Positions 46,741 through 55,339 of a DNA stretch of 56,042 bases are shown here, one piece after another. A model generated the notes under the pieces. The model ran no database searches. It saw only the letters and a list, made by a program, of their open reading frames with translations, and was not told where the DNA came from. This stretch comes from an uncultured Pseudomonadales bacterium (GTDB lineage: Bacteria > Patescibacteriota > Microgenomatia > UBA1400 > UBA12108), in assembly GCA_964347565.1 (NCBI GenBank), contig CAYFZD010000003.1:1-56042 (forward strand). Reading direction: 5' to 3'. The translations under genes and the position numbers were made by a program. Numbering within the stretch: the first letter of the stretch is position 1; each line of letters begins with the position of its first letter.

Positions 46741-47710
46741 GATCTCTCAAAAAACCATTATCTTTACCGTATTTCTCCTCCTCTCTCTTTGGATCCTCTA
46801 TCAGGTCAGGAGTATCATCGTCCTCCTCTTCATCGCTTTTATTCTCATGACAGCAGTCAATCCTCTGGTGAGACTAGCTAAAAAAATCAAAATTCCCACC
46901 ATCGTGGTGATGCTGGTAGTGTATTTTGGGATGATCGCCCTGATCTCCACTGTGGTAGCCTCCCTGGTGCCTGCCTTGGTTCAGCAAACCAAAGATCTTA
47001 CCCTTGTCCTACCAACCTACATGCACAACTTAGAAAATATTTTTAACGCTCAATTTGATCCTAATGTCGCTGGTAGCTACCTCAACTCTATCCCTTCCAA
47101 CTTGCTCAGGATTGCGGCTGGGGCCTTCTCTAATGTGATGAATATCTTGGCTCTATTTTTTATGACCTATTATTTAGTTCTTGAGAGACCCAAGCTACAC
47201 CGCTATTTCCTGAGATTTTTTGAGAATCACGATGGTGAGGAGCGTGCCGAAAAACTCGTTTTTGCAGTCGAACAACAAGTTGGGGGGTGGGTGCGCGGAG
47301 AGATCCTGCTCATGATCATCATTGGACTTATGACTTATATCGGACTCATCGTCCTGGGGATCCCCTACGCTTTACCCCTGGCGGTTATCGCTGGTTTACT
47401 GGAGGCCGTCCCCAATCTAGGCCCTACGATCGCTGCTATTCCTGCTATTCTGCTTGGGCTAACAGTTTCTCCCTACATTGCCCTAGGCGCACTCGCCCTG
47501 AGTATTATTATCCAGCAACTCGAAAATAACCTGATAGTTCCAAAAATTATGCAATCAACCACGGGCACCCAACCTCTAGTAACTATTATTGTCTTACTTG
47601 TGGGCTTTACTTTAGGCGGCATCGCCGGAGCTGTACTCTCCATGCCAATATTCTTGACTATTCAAACAGTTATAAAAGCATTTAATCCGTCCATGGGCGG
47701 GAGGAGTTAA
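46721..47710 (+). CDS. AI-2E (PerM/YdiK) family transporter
   Basis: Polytopic; GLLEAVPNLGPTIAAIPAILLG. Start is ambiguous (46706 or 46721); both overlap the miaA end. Confidence 0.8.
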   Translation: MQTQKIEISQKTIIFTVFLLLSLWILYQVRSIIVLLFIAFILMTAVNPLVRLAKKIKIPTIVVMLVVYFGMIALISTVVASLVPALVQQTKDLTLVLPTYMHNLENIFNAQFDPNVAGSYLNSIPSNLLRIAAGAFSNVMNILALFFMTYYLVLERPKLHRYFLRFFENHDGEERAEKLVFAVEQQVGGWVRGEILLMIIIGLMTYIGLIVLGIPYALPLAVIAGLLEAVPNLGPTIAAIPAILLGLTVSPYIALGALALSIIIQQLENNLIVPKIMQSTTGTQPLVTIIVLLVGFTLGGIAGAVLSMPIFLTIQTVIKAFNPSMGGRS

Positions 47711-47714
47711 ATAT

Positions 47715-48407
47715 ATGGATATCATGGCATGGCAAGCTGCTCTCAGCTCAGTGTGGATGAGTGCCCTCGGCTCGACTTTCTCGCTCTTCCCACAAGTTTT
47801 AGGTGCTATTATCGTGGCGATCTTGGGTATCGTCTTAGGTAATTGGGTAAAGGCGATCACCGTGAAGAGTCTCCAGATGGTGAGGTTCGAAGCGTTAATC
47901 AAAGATAGTAAGTTCAAAGCTTTCCTTGTCAAAGCAGAGGTGACTGATCGAGTCGAAGAGGTCATTGGCACCATACTCAAGTGGCTCATCGTCCTTACAT
48001 TCTTCATCGCCGCCACCAACATCGTCGGGCTCTCTGCCGTCTCCAATGTGCTAGGCGGAGTGCTGGGGTATATCCCTAATGTCGTCTCGGCTGTCATCGT
48101 CATGGCTATTGGCGTGCTCCTAGCCGGGATTGTTGAGGGAGTAGTGAAAGGCGCACTCGCCAGTGTGGATCTCAAAACTTCGCGTCTCATGGGCAAGATT
48201 GCCAGCTACACTGTCGTGACGATTACAACCCTAGCAGCATTCTCTGAGCTCAAAATTGCTGAATCGTTTATTAATATTCTTTTCATCGGTTTTGTTTCGA
48301 TGCTAGCCCTAGGATTTGGGTTAGCCATCGGACTTGGCGCCAAAGATGTCATCGGTCAGGCGCTCTCTGACTGGTACAAAGAGCTCAAGAAAGATTTGAA
48401 AAAGTAA
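47715..48407 (+). CDS. membrane protein with conserved TM-helix repeats (mechanosensitive-channel-related family by recollection)
   Basis: 230 aa; two similar TM-plus-amphipathic units; GGGAGGAG Shine-Dalgarno 8 nt upstream. Confidence 0.6.
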   Translation: MDIMAWQAALSSVWMSALGSTFSLFPQVLGAIIVAILGIVLGNWVKAITVKSLQMVRFEALIKDSKFKAFLVKAEVTDRVEEVIGTILKWLIVLTFFIAATNIVGLSAVSNVLGGVLGYIPNVVSAVIVMAIGVLLAGIVEGVVKGALASVDLKTSRLMGKIASYTVVTITTLAAFSELKIAESFINILFIGFVSMLALGFGLAIGLGAKDVIGQALSDWYKELKKDLKK

Positions 48408-48416
48408 CACTGATCT

Positions 48417-49190
48417 ATGAACACTATCCAGAGTCTAATCCTCGGCATAGTCGAGGGGTTGACCGAGTTTCTCCCGATCTCCTCTACTTTTCATTTGATC
48501 GTGGCAAGTAAGATTCTCTCCATAGGGGATTCTGACTTCCTCAAACTCTTTGAGGTGGTGATACAGAGTGGAGCGATTGTTGCCTTGCTCTTTCTCTATG
48601 TCCACACCCTCCTCCAGGATAGAAAACTCCTCCTCAATGTGTTTCTCTCTTTTTTACCCACGGCGATAGTAGGACTGGTCTTTCACTCTCTGATCAAACA
48701 AGTGTTCTTCGAGTCAACCTGGTTGATGTTGTCGGTCTTTGTTCTAATGGGGTTGATATTTCTCTTGATCGAGCATTTCACTCTCAAACTCTCCAAAGAC
48801 TGTGAGTCTCTCACGCGCTATCAAGCCCTATTAGTTGGGCTTGCTCAAGCTTGCTCAATCATTCCTGGGGTGTCACGCGCAGGCTCTGTCATCGTCGCCA
48901 TGATGCTCATGGGATATAAACGCAGCGAAGCCGCCAGATATACTTTTTTGCTTTCCCTCCCAACCATTTTTGCCGCCTCCGCTCTAGACCTATGGCAGGG
49001 ACGAGAACTTCTCACCTCTCTCTCTTCGGCCTGGACACTCCTGGGAGTCGGATTTATCTCTTCACTACTGGTAGCATTTATTGTGGTGAGGTGGCTGATC
49101 GCCTATCTCTCGACCCACACACTGAGAATCTTTGGCTGGTATCGCCTCGCAGCTGCTGTTGTGCTTATCGCTTTTAAGGTGTTACCTTGA
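48417..49190 (+). CDS. uppP: undecaprenyl-diphosphate phosphatase
   Basis: LGIVEGLTEFLPISSTFHL, IPGVSRAGS. Confidence 0.95.
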   Translation: MNTIQSLILGIVEGLTEFLPISSTFHLIVASKILSIGDSDFLKLFEVVIQSGAIVALLFLYVHTLLQDRKLLLNVFLSFLPTAIVGLVFHSLIKQVFFESTWLMLSVFVLMGLIFLLIEHFTLKLSKDCESLTRYQALLVGLAQACSIIPGVSRAGSVIVAMMLMGYKRSEAARYTFLLSLPTIFAASALDLWQGRELLTSLSSAWTLLGVGFISSLLVAFIVVRWLIAYLSTHTLRIFGWYRLAAAVVLIAFKVLP

Positions 49191-49989
49191 TGGCAAGGGG
49201 GCTGGAGTAAATCGACATTAGTCTCCCACTCGCGTCATACAGTTCCGCTCTGATGATTTCAAGTGTGCCTAGTCCGGGGTAGCTATACTCGGCCAGATCC
49301 GTGCGCGAACTGGAAAGTGCAGTGGTCAGATCAAAATTGATTTTCATCTTTTTACCTAGATTATCTACTCCTGGTGTCTGGCTCGTGATTGTTATGGCTG
49401 GGCTAGCCGTCAGATTGAGTGGTTCGCTCACGTAGGCGATTTCTATCATCCCTCTCACCGCACCAAGAGCGTTAGAGACATATATTTTTCCTTGAGTACT
49501 TGATGTTTTTTGGAATCCGATTTGGGCGGCGCTCGCTACATCATAAAGTAGTAGGCTCCCTTCCCACTGGGCTTCTTTCCCATTGATATTTACCCAGACT
49601 TTTCCGTTACGAGCAGCCTGAGGTATTTTTACTTCGATGATGGTATTACTCCATCTGACTACTCCTCCGTCACCTGATTCTACGTTACCCACAAATATTT
49701 TACTCCCCCACTCATAATCACCAAAATTAGCTCCCAAGATCACCACAGTGTCGCCGGTCTTGCCAAAGAAATTACTTACGCGATCTATTTTTGGTGGTTC
49801 GACGGGGTAGTTGGGTGAGGGAATGGCCACCACGTTGACTTCTGCCGCACTCGACCTATTTTCTGTGTCATCATTGGCCAATTTAACAGAGATCGGCACA
49901 ATGATCACCAGGAGCAAAATCACATTAAATGTAATGATTTTTTTCCAAGTCAATGTCTGCTGAATTCGCTCATAAAAATTTTCTGTCAT
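49174..49989 (-). CDS. TM-anchored surface protein with IPT/TIG-like domain
   Basis: 271 aa; N-terminal TM; GDTVVILGANFG..IFVGNVES..NTIIEVKIPQAARNGKVWVNINGKE. Confidence 0.6.
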   Translation of the reverse strand: MTENFYERIQQTLTWKKIITFNVILLLVIIVPISVKLANDDTENRSSAAEVNVVAIPSPNYPVEPPKIDRVSNFFGKTGDTVVILGANFGDYEWGSKIFVGNVESGDGGVVRWSNTIIEVKIPQAARNGKVWVNINGKEAQWEGSLLLYDVASAAQIGFQKTSSTQGKIYVSNALGAVRGMIEIAYVSEPLNLTASPAITITSQTPGVDNLGKKMKINFDLTTALSSSRTDLAEYSYPGLGTLEIIRAELYDASGRLMSIYSSPLAIKVTP

Positions 49990-49992
49990 AAC

Positions 49993-50595
49993 TTAACTCC
50001 TTTTACTGATTGTAATGACGCGATCTTCATGATTAAAGTTGATGGTCCAGTCGTCAAATAGTCCTTTTCTCCCTAGAATATAAGTAGTCGCACTAGACTC
50101 AGTAAAGGTGGCGGGGAACTCAAATTCTTGACTACCAATCTTCACGGTGATTTTTGAGAGGTAAGCGAAGGCTGGTACTCCCGAGAAACCCTGGAGAGTG
50201 ATCCGCTTAGCGTTAGAGAGGTCTACGCCTGTATCTTGAGCCGCGTTGAGGGGAAGAGTCGAGACCACCGCCCCAGAGTCAAGCAGGAAGGTAGTGTTGA
50301 CATATCCACTGGTGGTCTTGAGAGGTAGTGTTACTTTTGGCTCTTGCACGAAGCCAAAACTCTCATAAAGAGTATTCTTATATGGGACTCTGTATTCAAG
50401 ATTCCCAAAGGAATCGGAGATCGTTACTTGATTGATCGGTGAGCGGAAAAACACTCCTTTTATGAGGAAAAACAATCCCAGCACCACCGCGAAGCCAAAA
50501 AGAGACAAGATTTTTACTATCGCTTCTGTCTTGACCGAACCTGCTGTTCCAGACACAGAGCCTGTCGAATGCTGATCAAAGGTGAGATAGGCCAT
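49993..50595 (-). CDS. TM-anchored retropepsin-like (clan AA) aspartic protease
   Basis: 200 aa; N-terminal TM; catalytic motif FLLDSGAVVSTLP; ILGRKGLFDDW near the C-terminus. Confidence 0.7.
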   Translation of the reverse strand: MAYLTFDQHSTGSVSGTAGSVKTEAIVKILSLFGFAVVLGLFFLIKGVFFRSPINQVTISDSFGNLEYRVPYKNTLYESFGFVQEPKVTLPLKTTSGYVNTTFLLDSGAVVSTLPLNAAQDTGVDLSNAKRITLQGFSGVPAFAYLSKITVKIGSQEFEFPATFTESSATTYILGRKGLFDDWTINFNHEDRVITISKRS

Positions 50596-50604
50596 ATACC
50601 CCTA

Positions 50605-50613
50605 TGGTATCAT
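50605..50613 (+). promoter_or_regulatory. extended -10 element TGGTATCAT, 6 nt before the ATG at 50620
   Basis: Read directly. Confidence 0.5.
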
Positions 50614-50619
50614 AAAAAG

Positions 50620-51090
50620 ATGTATCTCTTGCAAGAAGCAATTATCCCGATCATAATCAGCCTTGTTTCCCTCCTCCTCAACATCATCTTATTTTTTTGG
50701 CTTCGCAGAGTTAGCAAGCACTATAACTCACTCACCAAAGGGATCGATCCAAAGACTCTGATGAATGCCCTTCAAGGTATTCAAAAAACGATTGCGGTAC
50801 ACGAACATCTACAAGAGACTACCAAGAACGAACTCTCTAAACTACGCGATGACGTGCGCCTCCATCTACAACAACTTACGCTCAAACGCTTCAATCCCTT
50901 CGGCGATACCGGGGGTGATCAGAGCTTTATCTTGGCTATTCTAGATGGTAACAAAGATGGAGTTGTCATCACCTCATTGCACAGTAGAGAAAATACGCGT
51001 TTTTATGTAAAATCAGTTAAAGGTGGAGAAGGGATCGACCATCCACTCTCCGAGGAAGAGCAAAAAATTATTAATAGAAAGGGCAAATAA
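50620..51090 (+). CDS. DUF4446-family protein
   Basis: N-terminal TM; RFNPFGDTGGDQSFILAILDGNKDGVVITSLHSRE. ATG at 50620 chosen because the -10 box lies 6 nt upstream. Confidence 0.75.
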   Translation: MYLLQEAIIPIIISLVSLLLNIILFFWLRRVSKHYNSLTKGIDPKTLMNALQGIQKTIAVHEHLQETTKNELSKLRDDVRLHLQQLTLKRFNPFGDTGGDQSFILAILDGNKDGVVITSLHSRENTRFYVKSVKGGEGIDHPLSEEEQKIINRKGK

Positions 51091-51093
51091 CAT

Positions 51094-52290
51094 ATGCAGA
51101 ACCCAATTATCAAAGCCCTTATTGTTTTCCTCTTATCATTTTCTATCTCTGGTGGTTCCAGCTACGCACTTACCAACTATCTATATTCACCTGGCTCGGG
51201 TAATGCTCCCACCCCGGTCTCCACACCTGCTATTGGTGGCGGTCTCAACATCGATCCCTCCGCTCCTCGTACCTCTGAGTGTCCCATCAATGGTCAAATG
51301 TATACAACCGCCGAAGAAAAAGTTTGGCAATCTCGTCGCCCACTCGTGGTGATGATCGAAAACTCTGTCGATGCCCGCCCCCAATCGGGACTAAACTCCT
51401 CCGACATCTTATACGAAGCTGTTGCCGAGGGAGGTATCACTCGCTTTGCTGCAGTCTTCTATTGTGGTGTGGCCGCTAGAGATACGATTTTAGGACCTGT
51501 CCGCAGTGCACGCACTACCTATATTAATTTCGCTTCTGAATACAACTACCCACTCTATACCCACGTGGGAGGAGCCAACTGTGGCTCATCCGATCCCAAG
51601 ACTTGTAACACCGACAAGCGAGTCCAGGCTCTTGAGCAGATCAATCAATATGGGTGGGGCGGGGCCAAGGGCAATGATCTCAATCAGTTCTCGATAGGCT
51701 TCCCGACTTTTTGGAGGGACTATGAGCGCCTAGGTCGCACTGTTGCGACTGAACACACGATGTACAGTAGTACTGAAAAACTATGGAAATATGCCACAAC
51801 ACGTGGTTGGACGAACAAGTCACCTGATGGTAAATCTGACTGGAAAGACAAGTTCACTCCCTTTACCTTCAAAGATGATGCCAAGGAGAAGGGCTCAGTG
51901 GGAAAGATCTCATTTGGATTCTGGGAGAGTTATCATGATTTTGATGTGACCTGGAATTATGACGTCACCAATAATCAATACTCAAGAGACAATGGTGGCG
52001 CTCCCCACACTGACATGAACGACAAAACGACGCTCTCAGCCAAAGTCATAGTGATTCAATTTACTAAGGAACTTGGACCCCTCGACGAGCACAAACATCT
52101 GTTGTATGAGGTCATCGGGAAGGGTAAGGGCCTGGTTTTCCAGGACGGCACCGTCACAGAGGCTACTTGGAGTAAAAAAGACCGCGAATCTCGTACCGTC
52201 TGGACTGATGCCAAAGGTAAGAAGATTTCCTTCAACCGGGGTAAAATCGTTTTCGAAATTCTCCCGCTCGACAATACAGTAGAGTACTAG
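51094..52290 (+). CDS. DUF3048-domain (YerB-like) secreted protein
   Basis: Signal/TM at the N-terminus; RPLVVMIENSVDARPQSGLNSSDILYEAVAEGGITRFAAVF. Confidence 0.75.
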   Translation: MQNPIIKALIVFLLSFSISGGSSYALTNYLYSPGSGNAPTPVSTPAIGGGLNIDPSAPRTSECPINGQMYTTAEEKVWQSRRPLVVMIENSVDARPQSGLNSSDILYEAVAEGGITRFAAVFYCGVAARDTILGPVRSARTTYINFASEYNYPLYTHVGGANCGSSDPKTCNTDKRVQALEQINQYGWGGAKGNDLNQFSIGFPTFWRDYERLGRTVATEHTMYSSTEKLWKYATTRGWTNKSPDGKSDWKDKFTPFTFKDDAKEKGSVGKISFGFWESYHDFDVTWNYDVTNNQYSRDNGGAPHTDMNDKTTLSAKVIVIQFTKELGPLDEHKHLLYEVIGKGKGLVFQDGTVTEATWSKKDRESRTVWTDAKGKKISFNRGKIVFEILPLDNTVEY

Positions 52291-52297
52291 ACTTGTT

Positions 52298-52318
52298 CGA
52301 GTACAATATTTGTACTAG
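52298..52318. promoter_or_regulatory. inverted repeat CGAGTACAA-TAT-TTGTACTAG (8 of 9 arm positions pair), candidate operator of the wHTH gene
   Basis: Overlaps the -10 box; a further GTACTAG copy lies at 52284-52290. Confidence 0.4.
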
Positions 52319-52321
52319 AAT
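52316..52321 (+). promoter_or_regulatory. -10 element TAGAAT, 6 nt before the ATG at 52328
   Basis: Read directly; overlaps the inverted repeat 52298-52318. Confidence 0.45.
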
Positions 52322-52327
52322 AGGATC

Positions 52328-52909
52328 ATGGCCAGTTTAGCCGATTTTATAGTCTCCAAAGTTCGCGTCAAACTGTTTGAGGTATTTTTAAGAGATCCAG
52401 AAGAGATGTATTATATCCGTGAGTTGACACGTAAGATTGGAGAGGAAATCAATGCGGTTCGTCGCGAGCTGATTCACATGCAATCAGCCGGCATGGTTCG
52501 CGACGAGAAACGCGGCAATAGGATCTATTACACCTTCAACAAGAACTATCTCTTTCACAAAGAGCTCATGAGCATGATCGGCAAAACCACCGGGCTCGGT
52601 CTTGCCATCAGTAAGGCCGCCCCCAAGCTCGGCAAACTCAAATTCGCCATGATCTCTGGTCGTTTCGTGCGACACATGCCCCGCGCCAAGGATACAGTCG
52701 ACCTACTCCTCGTTGGAGAGCTGATCATGCCCCAGCTCACCGAGATGATCAAAGAACAAGAAGCCAAACTATCACGCGAAATTAACTATACCGTCATGAC
52801 CGAAGCCGAACTCGCCTATCGCAAAACCCACGCCGACCCCTTCATTGGTCGTATTCTTGAGGCTTCACGCGTCATGATCATAGGCGACGAAGAAGAACTC
52901 GTCTCATGA
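52328..52909 (+). CDS. winged-helix transcriptional regulator with C-terminal alpha/beta domain
   Basis: 193 aa; YIRELTRKIGEEINAVRRELIHMQSAGMVRDEKRGNRIYYTFN. The C-terminal DLLLVGE..INYTVMTEAE resembles the degenerate nucleotidyltransferase-like domain fused to such regulators (recollection). Confidence 0.65.
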   Translation: MASLADFIVSKVRVKLFEVFLRDPEEMYYIRELTRKIGEEINAVRRELIHMQSAGMVRDEKRGNRIYYTFNKNYLFHKELMSMIGKTTGLGLAISKAAPKLGKLKFAMISGRFVRHMPRAKDTVDLLLVGELIMPQLTEMIKEQEAKLSREINYTVMTEAELAYRKTHADPFIGRILEASRVMIIGDEEELVS

Positions 52910-53082
52910 TCACCAAAATTATTAAAATAGGTAACTCTAAGGGTGTGATATTACCCAGCGAAGTGATCAAAGCTTTAGCCCTGGAAGAGGGAGACGAAAT
53001 TAATCTATCTTACGATGAATTATCCCAGACTCTCTCCGCTGAATTTACACAAACCAAACAGTTGAAACTTAATGTAAAATAA
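52906..53082 (+). CDS. AbrB/MazE/SpoVT-type DNA-binding protein (antitoxin-like), 58 aa
   Basis: ORF below the track size cutoff: MITKIIKIGNSKGVILPSEVIKALALEEGDEINLSYDE...; ATGA overlap with the upstream regulator. Confidence 0.65.
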   Translation: MITKIIKIGNSKGVILPSEVIKALALEEGDEINLSYDELSQTLSAEFTQTKQLKLNVK

Positions 53083-53088
53083 ACTCCT

Positions 53089-54471
53089 ATGCAACTGCGG
53101 CGCAATATCTTTCTCATAGTCCTCTTGACAGCCGCCGCCCTAGTTATTGATGCCCCCAAGAACTACCAGATTGGCAATTTCACTATCTCCAGCCCCACCC
53201 TCAAATTAGGTGCTTGGGAACGTAGTCTCAACATCAAGCAGGGTCTCGATCTCCAGGGTGGAACTGAGGTTATTTTGAGCGCTGACATGACCGGTGTGGC
53301 CCCCGCTGATCGCCAAGACGCCCTCGACTCGGCCAAAGAAGTGATCGCCCGCCGCGTCGATCTCTACGGGGTAGCCGAACCTTCTATCAAGACCATTGTG
53401 AGCCAAGACCTCTATCGTATTTCCGTGTCTCTGCCTGGCGTGAGTGACCCAGATGAAGCGCTGAGCCTGATCGGACAAACTGCCTCGCTCGATTTCCGCG
53501 AGCTCCCTGTGGCGACAGACACCGCTACATATGCCGATTTTGTTGTTACGGACTTAACAGGCAAGGATCTCCAGAAATCCTCGGTGGGTTTTAATCCCCA
53601 AGATGGTAAACCTGAGATCAATCTCCAATTTACCGATGAGGGAGGAAAAAAATTCGGCGAGATTACCTCTCGCAACGTGGGTAAACCACTCGCCATTTTC
53701 CTTGATGGGGTCCCTTTAACTACCCCCACTGTCCAGCAGGCTATTACCGATGGACGAGCTGTTATCAATGGTGCCTACACTCTTGAGGAAGCCAAGAATA
53801 TGGTAATTACTCTCAATGCTGGCGCCTTGCCTGTCCCGATCCAGATCATCAAACAACAAAATGTCGCCCCGACTTTGGGGGCAGAGAGCATCCAAAATAG
53901 TCTCAAGGCAGGCGCGGTCGGTCTGGGACTGGTGGCTCTCTTTATGGTCCTCAACTATGGTTATCTAGGCTTTATCGCCGATCTAGGACTCATCATTTAT
54001 GGTTTGCTAACTTTGGCAGTTTACAAGCTCGTCCCCATCACGGTCACTCTCCCTGGACTCGCTGGTTTTATCCTCTCAATTGGGATGGCGGTCGATAGTA
54101 ATATCCTAGTCTTTGAGCGCATGAAGGAAGAGCGTCGAAAAGGCAACGACTGGTTGGGTTCAATGGAGCTTGGGTTTGGCAAAGCCTGGGATGCGATCAA
54201 AGACGCCAATATTGCGACCCTCATCACAACATTCGTGCTCTTTAACCCCTTTGACTGGACCTTCCTCAATAGTTCCGGGATGGTCAGAGGATTTGCGCTC
54301 ACTCTCTTTCTCGGCATTTGTATTTCATTATTCACCGGTATTTTTGTCACTCGTAATTTGTTAAGAGCCTTGACCTCGCCCCAGAGGTCTGTCCTTAAAA
54401 GGAATTCCCGACTGCAAGTCGAGAAGGGCTCGGCGGTAGCCGAAAGGACAGACCTCCATGGAATCAAATAA
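53089..54471 (+). CDS. secD: protein translocase subunit SecD
   Basis: 460 aa; QGLDLQGGT, large periplasmic loop, C-terminal 5-TM bundle DSNILVFERMKEE. Confidence 0.93.
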   Translation: MQLRRNIFLIVLLTAAALVIDAPKNYQIGNFTISSPTLKLGAWERSLNIKQGLDLQGGTEVILSADMTGVAPADRQDALDSAKEVIARRVDLYGVAEPSIKTIVSQDLYRISVSLPGVSDPDEALSLIGQTASLDFRELPVATDTATYADFVVTDLTGKDLQKSSVGFNPQDGKPEINLQFTDEGGKKFGEITSRNVGKPLAIFLDGVPLTTPTVQQAITDGRAVINGAYTLEEAKNMVITLNAGALPVPIQIIKQQNVAPTLGAESIQNSLKAGAVGLGLVALFMVLNYGYLGFIADLGLIIYGLLTLAVYKLVPITVTLPGLAGFILSIGMAVDSNILVFERMKEERRKGNDWLGSMELGFGKAWDAIKDANIATLITTFVLFNPFDWTFLNSSGMVRGFALTLFLGICISLFTGIFVTRNLLRALTSPQRSVLKRNSRLQVEKGSAVAERTDLHGIK

Positions 54472-55339
54472 ACTCAACATTCTCCAGCCGATGAAATACT
54501 GGTGGCTCTACTTCGTCCTGTCGCTCGCTGTGATCATCCCAGGGTCCTATTCGCTCATTCAGTATGGTCTCAAGCCCTCGATCGACTTTACCGGTGGCAC
54601 GACCATCGTTTGGGACACTCCTCTGAGTGAATCCGAGCTCCGCGCACAGGCCGAAGCTAGCCAAGTCACGATACTCAGTCTCGCCAGAAATAAAGATATC
54701 TACACTTTCTCTACTCCTCCACTCGAGAAAACGGCCTATCAATTATTTAGGTCCAAAATATCTGGTGTTCAAGAACTCTCATATGACGCCGTGGGGCCGG
54801 CGCTGGGCTCCGAGCTCATCAAAAAGACTCTCTACGCGATAATCCTCTCCGCCTCGCTGATACTCTTTTACGTTGCCTATCGTTTCAAAAATATCAAGTT
54901 TGGCGTCTCAGCCATTCTCGCCATGCTTCATGATAGTCTCGTGCTCCTTGGGGTCTTTAGTCTCCTTGGTTATTACCAGGGAGTCCAAGTCGACACACTG
55001 TTTGTCACGGCACTACTGACAATCCTCAGCTTCTCCGTCCACGACACCATCGTCGTTTACGATCGCATCCGCGAACTCAAGAAAAAGCACGGCTACTTGG
55101 AGTTTGAAGAGATCGTCAACCGCGCTGTTGTGGAGACTATGGGCAGGAGCATCAACAACTCTCTGACTATTATCTTTATGCTCCTTGCCATGTATCTCCT
55201 AGGTGGTGAGACTACCAAGTGGTTTATCTTTGCACTTCTGGTGGGTACGGTATCTGGGACTTATTCCTCCACCTTTACGGCGGCCCCCATCTTGATTGTG
55301 TGGGACAAACTTTCTCGTTGGTACAAAAATAAATCATGA
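54458..55339 (+). CDS. secF: protein translocase subunit SecF
   Basis: 293 aa; PSIDFTGGT, HDTIVVYDRIRE. Confidence 0.93.
   Translation: MESNKLNILQPMKYWWLYFVLSLAVIIPGSYSLIQYGLKPSIDFTGGTTIVWDTPLSESELRAQAEASQVTILSLARNKDIYTFSTPPLEKTAYQLFRSKISGVQELSYDAVGPALGSELIKKTLYAIILSASLILFYVAYRFKNIKFGVSAILAMLHDSLVLLGVFSLLGYYQGVQVDTLFVTALLTILSFSVHDTIVVYDRIRELKKKHGYLEFEEIVNRAVVETMGRSINNSLTIIFMLLAMYLLGGETTKWFIFALLVGTVSGTYSSTFTAAPILIVWDKLSRWYKNKS

Noticed and set aside
48438-48460. 19-of-23 nt match in uppP to the 22-bp direct repeat
   Set aside because: Here the sequence encodes the family-conserved LGIVEGL(TEFLPISS) motif of UppP. The resemblance is most simply explained by both segments encoding an IVEGL peptide.
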